Program-made: the position numbers and the translations under genes | NCBI GenBank assembly: GCA_001918765.1 | Contig: MNGO01000035.1 | Coordinates: 1-44,122, forward strand | Direction: 5' to 3' | DNA length: 44,122 nucleotides | Source: Crenarchaeota archaeon 13_1_40CM_3_52_10 | GTDB taxonomy: Archaea > Thermoproteota > Bathyarchaeia > 40CM-2-53-6 | Notes under the pieces: model-generated | The model's database searches: none | What the model was told of the DNA's origin: nothing | What the model saw: only the letters and a program-made list of their open reading frames with translations | Shown here: in pieces, positions 15,884-24,392 of the stretch | Position numbering within the stretch: position 1 is the first letter of the stretch | How the letters are laid out: each line of letters begins with the position of its first letter

Positions 15884-18800
15884 CCCCCTTGCTTCTTCTC
15901 CTCACTTGAATTGGATGGTGTTGTCGGGGGTTGTTCTTGGTTTCGGACTAGTGGTTTGAGGGGTGTCTCCTTTGTGGCGGGAAGTCCTACTGAGGGCAAA
16001 CTCGACGGTGGATTGGAAACGGTCGTAATTACCGGTATTTTCGTTCGTCTCGGACGAAGTTTGCCCAACTGCCGGCCCACTTTGCGAAGCAAGGCGGGTT
16101 GGTCTGACCCTCCCGGCCTGGGTTTGCCACGGAGAAGTATGTAGGTGGTCAGAAATGATGTCACTCCAAGTATTACTCCAGTCCAGACGTTGATCCCAGC
16201 TAGAAGCCTTGAGCTCGTCTGGTTGACGAAGCCCTGAAGATACTGGTTGTTGATGTAGTCGAGATAGAGTACTAGTCCGAGCCCTACGGTCGCAAAGGTT
16301 TCGACTGTTACGGCGAGTTTTGTCGTCATTGGAATGGGAGGTATGAGTTTTTCTTCTGGAGTGACTGGAACTCTTCTTATCCGTCCTGGAGCCCACCAGT
16401 TGAGACGTTTCATGTGTCTCATTATCGAAGGAACTAGGTAGACTCGGGTGAGGGTCGCGTCGAGAATAACGACTACGAAGAATGCGAGTCCGAGCTGTTG
16501 GAGCATAGGTATTTGGGAGAGCATCATGGTTCCGAAGGCACCTGCTGTTACCAGACCGGTGGCTGTGATTATGCCTCCAGTGCGTTCTACCGCGGTTTCG
16601 ATGGCCTCGTCATCTTTCGCTCCGCCGACCACGTACTCCCTGATCCTAGTTACTAGGAATATGTCATAGTCAAGTCCCAATCCAAGCATTATCACAAGCA
16701 GCATGATAGGCAGTATCCAGATCAGTTCCATTCCAATGTATGTGTGGAAGATGTAGATTACCGCGGCCATCGCCCAAGAAATGCTGAGAAGTATCGTGAA
16801 GATGAGCCGCAAAGGAGTAAAGATCGAGCCCAAGGCGATCATCAAAACTACGAAGACTCCCACAAGGACGAGCGCTGTCATGTTGAAGTAATCAGCTGCG
16901 CTTGAGTTGGCAAGATCTGCAACGGAAGCAGTTTCTCCCCCGACAAGCATGGTAGATGCAGCGAGCAATTTGTCGTTGCCCTGCAGACTATTGATGTTCT
17001 GTCTGATTTTCGTGAGGGTGACGATGGCCTGATCTGTGTAGGGCTCGTTGGACAGGTTAGCCCAGACCATTGCCGACTTCCCGTCGCTCCCGAGGAAGGG
17101 CTTCATGCTCCTGATCATTGCTTGCTGTTGTGCAGTATTGAGCTGGTTGAACGTTGAGTATGGGATCGGGTCACCTGAAGGATGTGTAAGCCCGTAGACT
17201 TTCGATACGCCGGAGATCGACAGTGTCGAGTTCTCAGCGTAGGATAGAGATCGCAACGCGGTGACGTTGATCCAGTTGTCAGTTGCGAGCCGGACTGGTG
17301 TCTGCACAATCGTGTAGGTTGGGGTTATGGTGCCAGGTCCGAATCCCTGGACCATGCTATTGTAGCCGGCCCGGCTCTCGAGCGAGTTTGGAACCTGGCT
17401 TATGAGGTCGTGGCTTGTCTGTGAGGAAAGGACTGTGCTAGTGGCTGGTAGACTGACGGCCAATGCCACGATAAGGATTAGCTTCGAGTGCTTTGCTGTG
17501 AATCTTGCGGCACGTGCATAGTAGCTGCTTCCTTTGGCTTTCTTCTTTCTCCAAAGACCTAGTCCGCCGGGCCAGAATATCTTGTCCCCGAACATGGACA
17601 GAATTGCCGGCACTAGCGTAAGGGCGACTAGTAGTGCTATGGATATGCCCATCATCACAGCAATCCCGATAGAACGGAGCATTCCAAAGCCGGCAATGGC
17701 CAGGCTTCCGAATGCTATGACGACGGTTGCTCCACTCGTGGCGATGCTCTCGCCTGCCCATGTCACTGCTCGCTCAACCGCATCCTTCTTTCCTCTTCCC
17801 ATCCGTCTCTCCTCAGCGTATCTGCTAACGAGAAATATGCAATAGTCCGATCCTGCCCCGAACATGGCGACGGGCAAGAGTGTCAGGATCAGGAAGTGTA
17901 CGCTGGTGAACCAAGTGCCGATTACGTAGACTAGGCCGAAAGCTATGCCCACGGATATTCCGATGGCTGAAACAGGGATTAGTGGAGCTGCAAGTGACGC
18001 GAAAAATAGGCCGACGATGACCATTATTAGAATGATGGTGATTGGGTCAATCCGTTCAACATCTCTGATCGATTCTGTTTCAATGTCATAGTTGAACGCT
18101 GGAGCGCCTGTAACGTAGACTAGGAGGTTTGTGTTGCTGAAGACGTTCGCGTGTTGAACGTCGGTTCTAATGCTAGCGATGCTGTTTTTCGGGTCAGGTC
18201 CGGTTGTCTTGAAGTCGAGTATGACGAGCATGGTGTCGTTGGAGCCTGAGACGAACTGGGTGTAGACGTCCTTGCTCGGCTGGACGGGGTAGCTGTTGAT
18301 GTTATAGTTTCGAAGGAGCGTCCCTGCGAGGCTTGTAAAATCCCCGAAACTCGCAGAAGCACCCAGGGAATAAATCTCACCGATGATAAACGTCTGGGTC
18401 GGAGTTGCGTTGACCGCTCCCGAGAAGGTGTCAACAACGAAGGTCTGAATTGCCGCAGGGTCGTTCCAATAGTTATTGGGACATGTATTAGGGCAGAAAT
18501 TGAACAGGTTGAAGAATGCAGCGGAATCGACAAAGAGCGCGCGGGTTATGGGGTCTGTTATGCTGGACTGGAAGAACGGTAGAGTGATGTTGTAGTACGC
18601 TGGCTGGGCCACCAGTAGCGGGCTTCCTTTGGTCACGTTTTGGGCTCGGGCTAGTGGTGGCGCGACTATCGTGAGCTGTGTTTGGGTGTAGGTGGAGGCG
18701 GTGAATGTTTTGTTCCATGACTGGTAGAACAGGTTCTCGTACGCGAGAGCGAGGGTCTGGTTTGCTTGGGGGGTTTGCGAGGATATGATTGGCCATGCGG

Positions 18801-19350
18801 ACTGGTTGGCTTTTTGGTTGTAGGAGGCGACCTGTGACTGGTTTATGTTAAAGGGTCCTGAGTTTACTTGGGTTGTCCACTGGTTTACGTAGATTGCAGG
18901 TATGCCGAATTCGAGAGACGTAGCAAGGCTCGTCAGGTTCTTCTCTCGGTAGAGCTGGAGGTGAACCACGGTAGTATAGCCGACTAGTAGCTGGTAGTAG
19001 ATGTCGTAGATGCTTGTGACGTTGCTGAGGTTTGTAATTGTTCGGTCGTTATGGAGGGTCTTGTTGAATGTTAGAGTGAAGTCGCGAACGTCGTTGCCTC
19101 TCACATCCATTGATGTGATTACAACGACGACGCTGTTGCCCTGGCTGATGCTGAATTGTTTGCTGACGATGGATTGAGCGATGCTGGACTCTGATGTCTT
19201 GGGGTTGTAAGCTGTCTCCGTGTAGACGATGACGCTCTGAACTTGTAGTATGGCTGGGACGCTCAGCGCGAGGGCTACTAGCCAGATTACGAAGACCGCC
19301 CGGTTGTGCTTGATGATGGTACGGGCTAGCCTTGTGAAGAGCAAATCCAT
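15880..19350 (-). CDS. MMPL / RND-superfamily exporter with a large extracytoplasmic domain
   Basis: The ORF is 1156 aa. It has two TM bundles, each with the MMPL signature (GSDYCIFLVSRYAEE and GLDYDIFLVTRIREY). The N-terminal ~400-aa loop is N/Q/T/S-rich with many N-x-S/T sequons. Its stop overlaps the convergent methyltransferase stop as CTAG. Confidence 0.85.
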   Translation of the reverse strand: MDLLFTRLARTIIKHNRAVFVIWLVALALSVPAILQVQSVIVYTETAYNPKTSESSIAQSIVSKQFSISQGNSVVVVITSMDVRGNDVRDFTLTFNKTLHNDRTITNLSNVTSIYDIYYQLLVGYTTVVHLQLYREKNLTSLATSLEFGIPAIYVNQWTTQVNSGPFNINQSQVASYNQKANQSAWPIISSQTPQANQTLALAYENLFYQSWNKTFTASTYTQTQLTIVAPPLARAQNVTKGSPLLVAQPAYYNITLPFFQSSITDPITRALFVDSAAFFNLFNFCPNTCPNNYWNDPAAIQTFVVDTFSGAVNATPTQTFIIGEIYSLGASASFGDFTSLAGTLLRNYNINSYPVQPSKDVYTQFVSGSNDTMLVILDFKTTGPDPKNSIASIRTDVQHANVFSNTNLLVYVTGAPAFNYDIETESIRDVERIDPITIILIMVIVGLFFASLAAPLIPVSAIGISVGIAFGLVYVIGTWFTSVHFLILTLLPVAMFGAGSDYCIFLVSRYAEERRMGRGKKDAVERAVTWAGESIATSGATVVIAFGSLAIAGFGMLRSIGIAVMMGISIALLVALTLVPAILSMFGDKIFWPGGLGLWRKKKAKGSSYYARAARFTAKHSKLILIVALAVSLPATSTVLSSQTSHDLISQVPNSLESRAGYNSMVQGFGPGTITPTYTIVQTPVRLATDNWINVTALRSLSYAENSTLSISGVSKVYGLTHPSGDPIPYSTFNQLNTAQQQAMIRSMKPFLGSDGKSAMVWANLSNEPYTDQAIVTLTKIRQNINSLQGNDKLLAASTMLVGGETASVADLANSSAADYFNMTALVLVGVFVVLMIALGSIFTPLRLIFTILLSISWAMAAVIYIFHTYIGMELIWILPIMLLVIMLGLGLDYDIFLVTRIREYVVGGAKDDEAIETAVERTGGIITATGLVTAGAFGTMMLSQIPMLQQLGLAFFVVVILDATLTRVYLVPSIMRHMKRLNWWAPGRIRRVPVTPEEKLIPPIPMTTKLAVTVETFATVGLGLVLYLDYINNQYLQGFVNQTSSRLLAGINVWTGVILGVTSFLTTYILLRGKPRPGGSDQPALLRKVGRQLGKLRPRRTKIPVITTVSNPPSSLPSVGLPATKETPLKPLVRNQEQPPTTPSNSSEEKKQGG

Positions 19351-19454
19351 TCCCTCTCTGAGGGTGTGAAACGAGCGGGGAACGGGCTGAGCGTCATAAA
19401 GCCGTACTGTAACCCTGAACTCTGAGCCGGGGCTAATACGGGGCGTTGAGTATG

Positions 19455-19463
19455 TCTATATGG
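19455..19463 (+). promoter_or_regulatory. TATA-like box upstream of the CN-hydrolase gene
   Basis: TCTATATGG lies about 40 nt upstream of ATG 19499. Confidence 0.3.
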
Positions 19464-19498
19464 CCAAACTGAGCGGAATCTAGCGTAGGCGAGCGTGG

Positions 19499-20326
19499 AT
19501 GAAGCCGGTCAGCCTGTTACTAGCCCAAACTGGTCCCAAAGTCGGGAACAAGGAGCGAAACCTGAGGCAGATCTCGGAACAGGCCGCCAAGGCTCGGAAG
19601 AAGAACGTTGACTTGTTGATCTTTCCGGAGTTGCACCTGACGGGGTATACGATGCGGGATGAAGTCTCCCATTTGGCAGAGTCGATTCCGGGTCCCAGCA
19701 CGGGGAAGGTTCAGAGCATCGCGAAGGAGCACGGTGTTCATATCATCTTCGGCATGCCCGAGGAAAGCGAGGTCAAGGGAGTAATTCACAACACTGCGGT
19801 GTTTGTTGGCCCGAAGGGCTTGATTGGGAGGTACCGGAAAATCCATCTTCCGACGCATTCTGTTTTCGAGGAGCGTCGCTATTATCGTCCGGGACAAGAA
19901 GCGCCGGTGTTCAAGACGGATATCGGAACTATCGCTTTGAACATCTGTTATGATCTCTATTTTCCCGAGCTGACTCGTCTGCAGGCTTTGCAGGGTGCAC
20001 AGTTGGTCGTCTGTATTTCCGCGAGTCCCGGGTTGCGGCGGAGGTTTTTCGAGGGGTTCTGTTTGAGCCGGGCGATGGAGAACGCTGTCTATCTCGCCTA
20101 TGTTAACCGGGTTGGTATTGAGGAGGGTTTGCAGTTCTGGGGTGGAAGCAGGGTGATAGCGCCTAATGGTTCGGTCCTAGCGCAGTGTAAGTATGATGTG
20201 GAGGAGTTTCAGATCTGCAAGGTGGACCTAGACGAGGTTTCTCGGGCTAGGGCGTTCATTCCGACAATAAAGGACCTAGAGCCGAGCCTCTTCGACCAAC
20301 TGAGAACCAAGAGCAGGGAAGCCTAG
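19499..20326 (+). CDS. Carbon-nitrogen hydrolase (nitrilase superfamily), paralogue 1
   Basis: The ORF is 275 aa. The Glu-Lys-Cys triad contexts are FPELHLTGY, YRKIHLP and ICYDLYFPE. Confidence 0.85.
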   Translation: MKPVSLLLAQTGPKVGNKERNLRQISEQAAKARKKNVDLLIFPELHLTGYTMRDEVSHLAESIPGPSTGKVQSIAKEHGVHIIFGMPEESEVKGVIHNTAVFVGPKGLIGRYRKIHLPTHSVFEERRYYRPGQEAPVFKTDIGTIALNICYDLYFPELTRLQALQGAQLVVCISASPGLRRRFFEGFCLSRAMENAVYLAYVNRVGIEEGLQFWGGSRVIAPNGSVLAQCKYDVEEFQICKVDLDEVSRARAFIPTIKDLEPSLFDQLRTKSREA

Positions 20327-20473
20327 AATCGGGTTTCCGTGGAGGGTGGGCCACGAGACTCAAGTAGGCCCCCCCGGGGGGATATTCGCGATACGTGTTT
20401 CAGAAAGTGTTTCAACAGATGATTGCAGAAGTTGTTTCTTGATAGCGGTTCAATAACCGTTTTCAAAACATGA

Positions 20474-20487
20474 TTCCATGCATGGAA
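20474..20487. repeat. Perfect 14-bp palindrome TTCCATGCATGGAA inside an A/T-rich tract
   Basis: Read directly from the sequence. It is flanked by GTGTTTCA direct repeats (20395-20402 and 20407-20414) and a CGGTT-CAAT-AACCG hairpin (20446-20459). Confidence 0.6.
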
Positions 20488-20579
20488 AAATTGCTTGAAA
20501 GAATTAGTAGAAAGGAAGGGCCGTAATCAAGCGTGATCTTTTCTAGCAAAGAGAATGTGATATATGGAGGACGAGTGGG

Positions 20580-20836
20580 ATTTCTTTACATTCGCCACGC
20601 GTCCGGAGGAACCACTCTTGCGTCGCCAGATGCTCTGCTCTTATCCCCCCCTCTTTTTCTAGAGAAGATTTACTGTCTGGCAATGATAATGGGCGAATAT
20701 CGTGATTTAGGGCAGGGTCCGGGCTTTGATGAAAAGGAAAAAGACGGGAAATCTAGGCCGACTCTCAAACGATTTTAGGGCGAGTTCGGACCCGGGTCCC
20801 AGATTCGAGAACAGGGCTGATAACGGGCGATTTTCC
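20580..20836 (+). repeat. Non-coding paralogous element, copy B (plus orientation)
   Basis: It aligns with the reverse complement of 7031-7305 (block coordinates are given under copy A). It contains three GAT(A/T)(A/T)n(G)GGGCGA sub-repeats and the palindrome GGACCCGGGTCC (20788-20799). Confidence 0.7.
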
Positions 20837-20951
20837 TATTTCGTATCGGTTCAGTACTAGATAGCAAGCTTGAACAAAATGAGATAATAGGGAATCTCCA
20901 GCATCCTTTCAGCCCGTTTCTCGCAACAACCCTCATTAGCACCCTCAACTA

Positions 20952-21494
20952 ATGCCCGTGTGGTACTCACTCATGAAGGGTCGTAACTATCGTTCCCCCT
21001 CGGGCCAGGCCTTCACCCGGATGAAATACATCCACGGGTCCCCCGCGCCTAAGGTTTCCAAGTTCAACATGGGAGACCTATCCACCCAGTTCGCCCGAAA
21101 GATCCATCTTGTTGCTAAGGAACACGTACAGATCCGGCACAACGCCCTAGAATCGGCCCGTGTATCCGCGAACAAGGTTCTAACCGACAGATGGGGAGAA
21201 ACAGGATACCGATTACAACTGTGCGTGTACCCGCACATTATTCTCCGAGAAAACAAGATGATCGCCACCGCCGGAGCCGACAGACTGCAGGAGGGAATGC
21301 GGCGAGCCTTCGGAAAGCCCACCGGCAGAGCTGCCAGAGTCGAAAACGGTCAGGACCTCTTCATCGTCTACGTTCCAGAAGACGGCGTCGAAACCGCGAA
21401 GAAAGCATTGGAAGTCGCTGGCACAAAAATGCCGATGAAAACCCGGATCCTAGTCGAAGAACCAGTCGCTCCACAAATGCCGGCTGGAGCCTGA
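20952..21494 (+). CDS. rpl10e: 50S ribosomal protein L10e (uL16)
   Basis: The ORF is 180 aa. FTRMKYIHGSPAPKVSKFNMGD and the length and charge match archaeal L10e. Confidence 0.9.
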   Translation: MPVWYSLMKGRNYRSPSGQAFTRMKYIHGSPAPKVSKFNMGDLSTQFARKIHLVAKEHVQIRHNALESARVSANKVLTDRWGETGYRLQLCVYPHIILRENKMIATAGADRLQEGMRRAFGKPTGRAARVENGQDLFIVYVPEDGVETAKKALEVAGTKMPMKTRILVEEPVAPQMPAGA

Positions 21495-21498
21495 TCTT

Positions 21499-23886
21499 TT
21501 GCCCAAGCCTGACGCCATAGTTGTCCGGCTTGAAGATGTGAGAAAAGACGACATTCCACTAGTCGGTGGAAAATGCGCCAACCTTGGCGAGTTAACGGCC
21601 AAAGGAGTCCACGTCCCTCCCGGATTCGCAGTAACTGCAGAAGCATTTCGCCTGTTTCTCGAAGAAACAAAAATCGGGGAGATCATACACAAGACCCTCG
21701 GACGTTCTAACGGGTCCAAGGACCCGAAACAGTACGAGGAAGCATCCGAGGAAATTCGCAAGATTCTAGAATCCGCCCCAATGCCTCCGGACATCGCGAG
21801 CAAGGTCCGGAGCGCCTATCGGGAGCTATGCGAGAAAACCGGAGACAAGAACGTAACTGTCGCGGTAAGGTCCTCCGCAACCAGCGAGGATTTGCCTGAC
21901 GCATCATTCGCTGGGCAACAAGACACCTACCTCAACGTCAGCGGCGAGGACCAGCTAGTACACTACGTCCAGAAATGCTGGGGTAGCCTCTACACGCCTC
22001 GCGCAATATTCTACCGAGAAGAGAAAGGCTTCCCACACGAGAAAGTGCTGATCAGCGTCGGAGTCCAGAAGATGGTACAGTCGAAATGCTCAGGCGTAGC
22101 TTTCACGCTAGACCCGATCAACGGCGACCCATCCAAGATTGTCATCGAATCAACATGGGGTCTCGGAGAAGCCCTTGTCGCAGGAATCGTCCGTCCTGAC
22201 CGATTCATCGTTGACAAGGGCACCATGCAGCTGATCCACAAAGAGATCGTCCCAAAGATGATCGAACACCTCCCGAACGATAAAACTGGGCTGACGATGC
22301 AGAGCGAGGTTCCCATAGAGCGACGTAATGTTTCAAGCCTAACAGACGACGAGGTTATTGAAATTGCCAAGACAGCCGTGGACATCGAAGATCACTACCA
22401 CACTCCACAGGATATCGAATTCGCCGTCGAGCACGTGTCGACTGGAAACTCAATCTACGTTGTCCAGACAAGGCCCGAGACCTTCTGGAGCAAAATGAAG
22501 GGTCCAGCTGGACAAACAGATTCCCACATCGTTCACAGAGTCGCAGTAGTCCACGGCCTAGCCGCGAGCCCGGGATTACATGCAGGAAGAGCCAAGATCG
22601 TCCCAACCACAGCTGAAGCGGGACGCATGATGAAAAACAAGGATATCCTCGTCACTCGAATGACAAACCCTGACTGGGTTCCCTACATGAAAATCGCAGG
22701 CGCAATCGTCACAGAAGACGGGGGAACAACATGCCACGCCGCCATCGTCTCCCGAGAGATGGGTATCCCATGTATCGTTGGCGCAAGGAACGCGACCAAA
22801 CTCATGCAGATGGGACAAGAGTACACGGTGGACGCGAAATCAGGAGTCGTCTACAACGGCCTAGTCGAAGAAATTCTCAAGGCAACACAGCCTCAACATG
22901 AAATCCCTCCTATCATCCCAATAACCGCAACAAAGATCTACGTGAACATCTCACTCCCAGAGCTCGCAGAGAAAGTCGAACGGGAAACGCACGCGGACGG
23001 CGTAGGTCTCTTGCGAGCAGAGCACATGATGCTTTCCGTCGGGAAACATCCCCGATTGCTGATAGAAGAGGGAGGAGGCAAGAAGATGGTCGATGCTTTC
23101 GCAGAGGGAGTCAGAAAGGTCGCAACACCCTTTGCTCCAAGGCCGGTCGTCTACAGATGCCTCGACTTCAAGCCTGACGAGTTTCTTGGACTTCCAGGCG
23201 GCGAAAAATATGAACATGAAGCCGGTCACGTCGGGCCCAACCCCCTCCTCGGATACCGAGGCTGCTTCCGATACGTGAAAGAGCCTGACATTTTCCGGTT
23301 GGAGTGTCAAGCCATAAAGAAAGTCAGAGAAGAGTACAAGCTCACCAATGTCCACGTTATGCTACCCTTCGTCCGGACGCTCGAGGACTTCAGAAACGCG
23401 AAGAAGATCCTCGAGGAAGAAGGATTGAAGCGAGGCCCAGATTTCAAGCTCTGGATCATGGTAGAAGTTCCCGCGACAGTATTGCTGATCGACAAGTTTG
23501 TCGACGAGGGAATTGACGGCATATCCTTCGGAACCAACGACCTGACCATGCTGATCCTTGGCATTGATCGAGACGACGCATCGATTCAGGAAATCTACGA
23601 CGAACGCAATCTCGCAGTACTGCGGGCGATGAGCCATGTCATCAGGATATGCAGCGAAAAAGGCGTGACAACATCGATCTGCGGTCAAGCACCCTCAAAC
23701 TATCCTGAAGTTGTCGAGTTCCTAGTCCGGGAAGGAGCAGTAAGCATGAGCGTCAACCCCGACAAGGTCATCGAGACGAAACTTCTCGTGGCTGCCATCG
23801 AGCAGAAGCTTATCCTTGAAGGGATGAGAAAAATGCACCAGTCCAACGGAGACCAAGGAGCGATGCAGCCCCGCTGGCCCAAGTGA
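21499..23886 (+). CDS. ppsA: Phosphoenolpyruvate synthase (pyruvate, water dikinase)
   Basis: The ORF is 795 aa. Motifs are DIPLVGGKCANLGEL, VRSSATSEDLPDASFAGQQDTY, the phospho-His loop GGTTCHAAIVSREMGIP and the PEP-utilising TIM barrel SFGTNDLTM. The TTG start is 4 nt after the rpl10e stop. Confidence 0.92.
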   Translation: MPKPDAIVVRLEDVRKDDIPLVGGKCANLGELTAKGVHVPPGFAVTAEAFRLFLEETKIGEIIHKTLGRSNGSKDPKQYEEASEEIRKILESAPMPPDIASKVRSAYRELCEKTGDKNVTVAVRSSATSEDLPDASFAGQQDTYLNVSGEDQLVHYVQKCWGSLYTPRAIFYREEKGFPHEKVLISVGVQKMVQSKCSGVAFTLDPINGDPSKIVIESTWGLGEALVAGIVRPDRFIVDKGTMQLIHKEIVPKMIEHLPNDKTGLTMQSEVPIERRNVSSLTDDEVIEIAKTAVDIEDHYHTPQDIEFAVEHVSTGNSIYVVQTRPETFWSKMKGPAGQTDSHIVHRVAVVHGLAASPGLHAGRAKIVPTTAEAGRMMKNKDILVTRMTNPDWVPYMKIAGAIVTEDGGTTCHAAIVSREMGIPCIVGARNATKLMQMGQEYTVDAKSGVVYNGLVEEILKATQPQHEIPPIIPITATKIYVNISLPELAEKVERETHADGVGLLRAEHMMLSVGKHPRLLIEEGGGKKMVDAFAEGVRKVATPFAPRPVVYRCLDFKPDEFLGLPGGEKYEHEAGHVGPNPLLGYRGCFRYVKEPDIFRLECQAIKKVREEYKLTNVHVMLPFVRTLEDFRNAKKILEEEGLKRGPDFKLWIMVEVPATVLLIDKFVDEGIDGISFGTNDLTMLILGIDRDDASIQEIYDERNLAVLRAMSHVIRICSEKGVTTSICGQAPSNYPEVVEFLVREGAVSMSVNPDKVIETKLLVAAIEQKLILEGMRKMHQSNGDQGAMQPRWPK

Positions 23887-23906
23887 TCTGAGATCCATCC
23901 AGAATT

Positions 23907-24332
23907 TTGTTCGAACAGATAGTAGACTGGATCAAACAGAACTACAGCGATGCCAGAAAAATCATAGAAATCGGGGTAGGCCACCGCATATACGTGGCCG
24001 AGCGAATATCCGAAGCACTGCCTCGAGCGGAAATCCTTGTAACAGACAAGGATGAGTCATGGGTGCGCTCGAGAAAGCCCGGACGAATCAGAGCTATCGC
24101 AGATGACGTGATGTTTCCAACCCTCAGCCTGTACCGAGGCGCGTCCCTCGTCTACTGCCTTCATCCGCCAGGCGAGATCCTGTCTGGGTTAGAGAAGTTG
24201 GCGAATGGAGTCGGAGCAGATCTCTTGGTCGTCCCGATAAGCGATGAGCAACACGACCTTCCGCAGGATAAGTGGAGAGAGCTCGTGGTGCGTGGGAGGA
24301 TCATTGGCTGGCTCTTCAACAAGCGTGTTTGA
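23907..24332 (+). CDS. UPF0146-family protein (small methyltransferase-like fold)
   Basis: The ORF is 141 aa. KIIEIGVGHRIYVAERI...DDVMFPTLSLYRGASLVYCLHPPGEI matches my recollection of the archaeal UPF0146 family. Confidence 0.65.
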   Translation: MFEQIVDWIKQNYSDARKIIEIGVGHRIYVAERISEALPRAEILVTDKDESWVRSRKPGRIRAIADDVMFPTLSLYRGASLVYCLHPPGEILSGLEKLANGVGADLLVVPISDEQHDLPQDKWRELVVRGRIIGWLFNKRV

Positions 24333-24392
24333 TCGGTGAGATAGCTCCGCTAGTAACGGAGAGACGCCTACCTTGGTATTAGACGACTAATA

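Noticed and set aside
20391-20520. The A/T-rich tract with a TTCCA...TGGAA dyad could be a replication origin (oriC).
   Set aside because: It is kept only as a low-probability alternative in the findings. There is a single ORB-like dyad with non-canonical spacing, no orc1/cdc6 gene in the window and no repeated ORB array flanking the tract.
20533-20778. An 81-aa ORF in element copy B and the matching 62-aa ORF 7089-7277 (minus) in copy A end at homologous TAG codons, which could suggest a small conserved protein.
   Set aside because: Amino-acid identity (about one third) is much lower than nucleotide identity, and substitutions are not concentrated at third positions. The best-conserved block of the element lies downstream of both stops. 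The composition is also not protein-like (runs of P/L/S/R).
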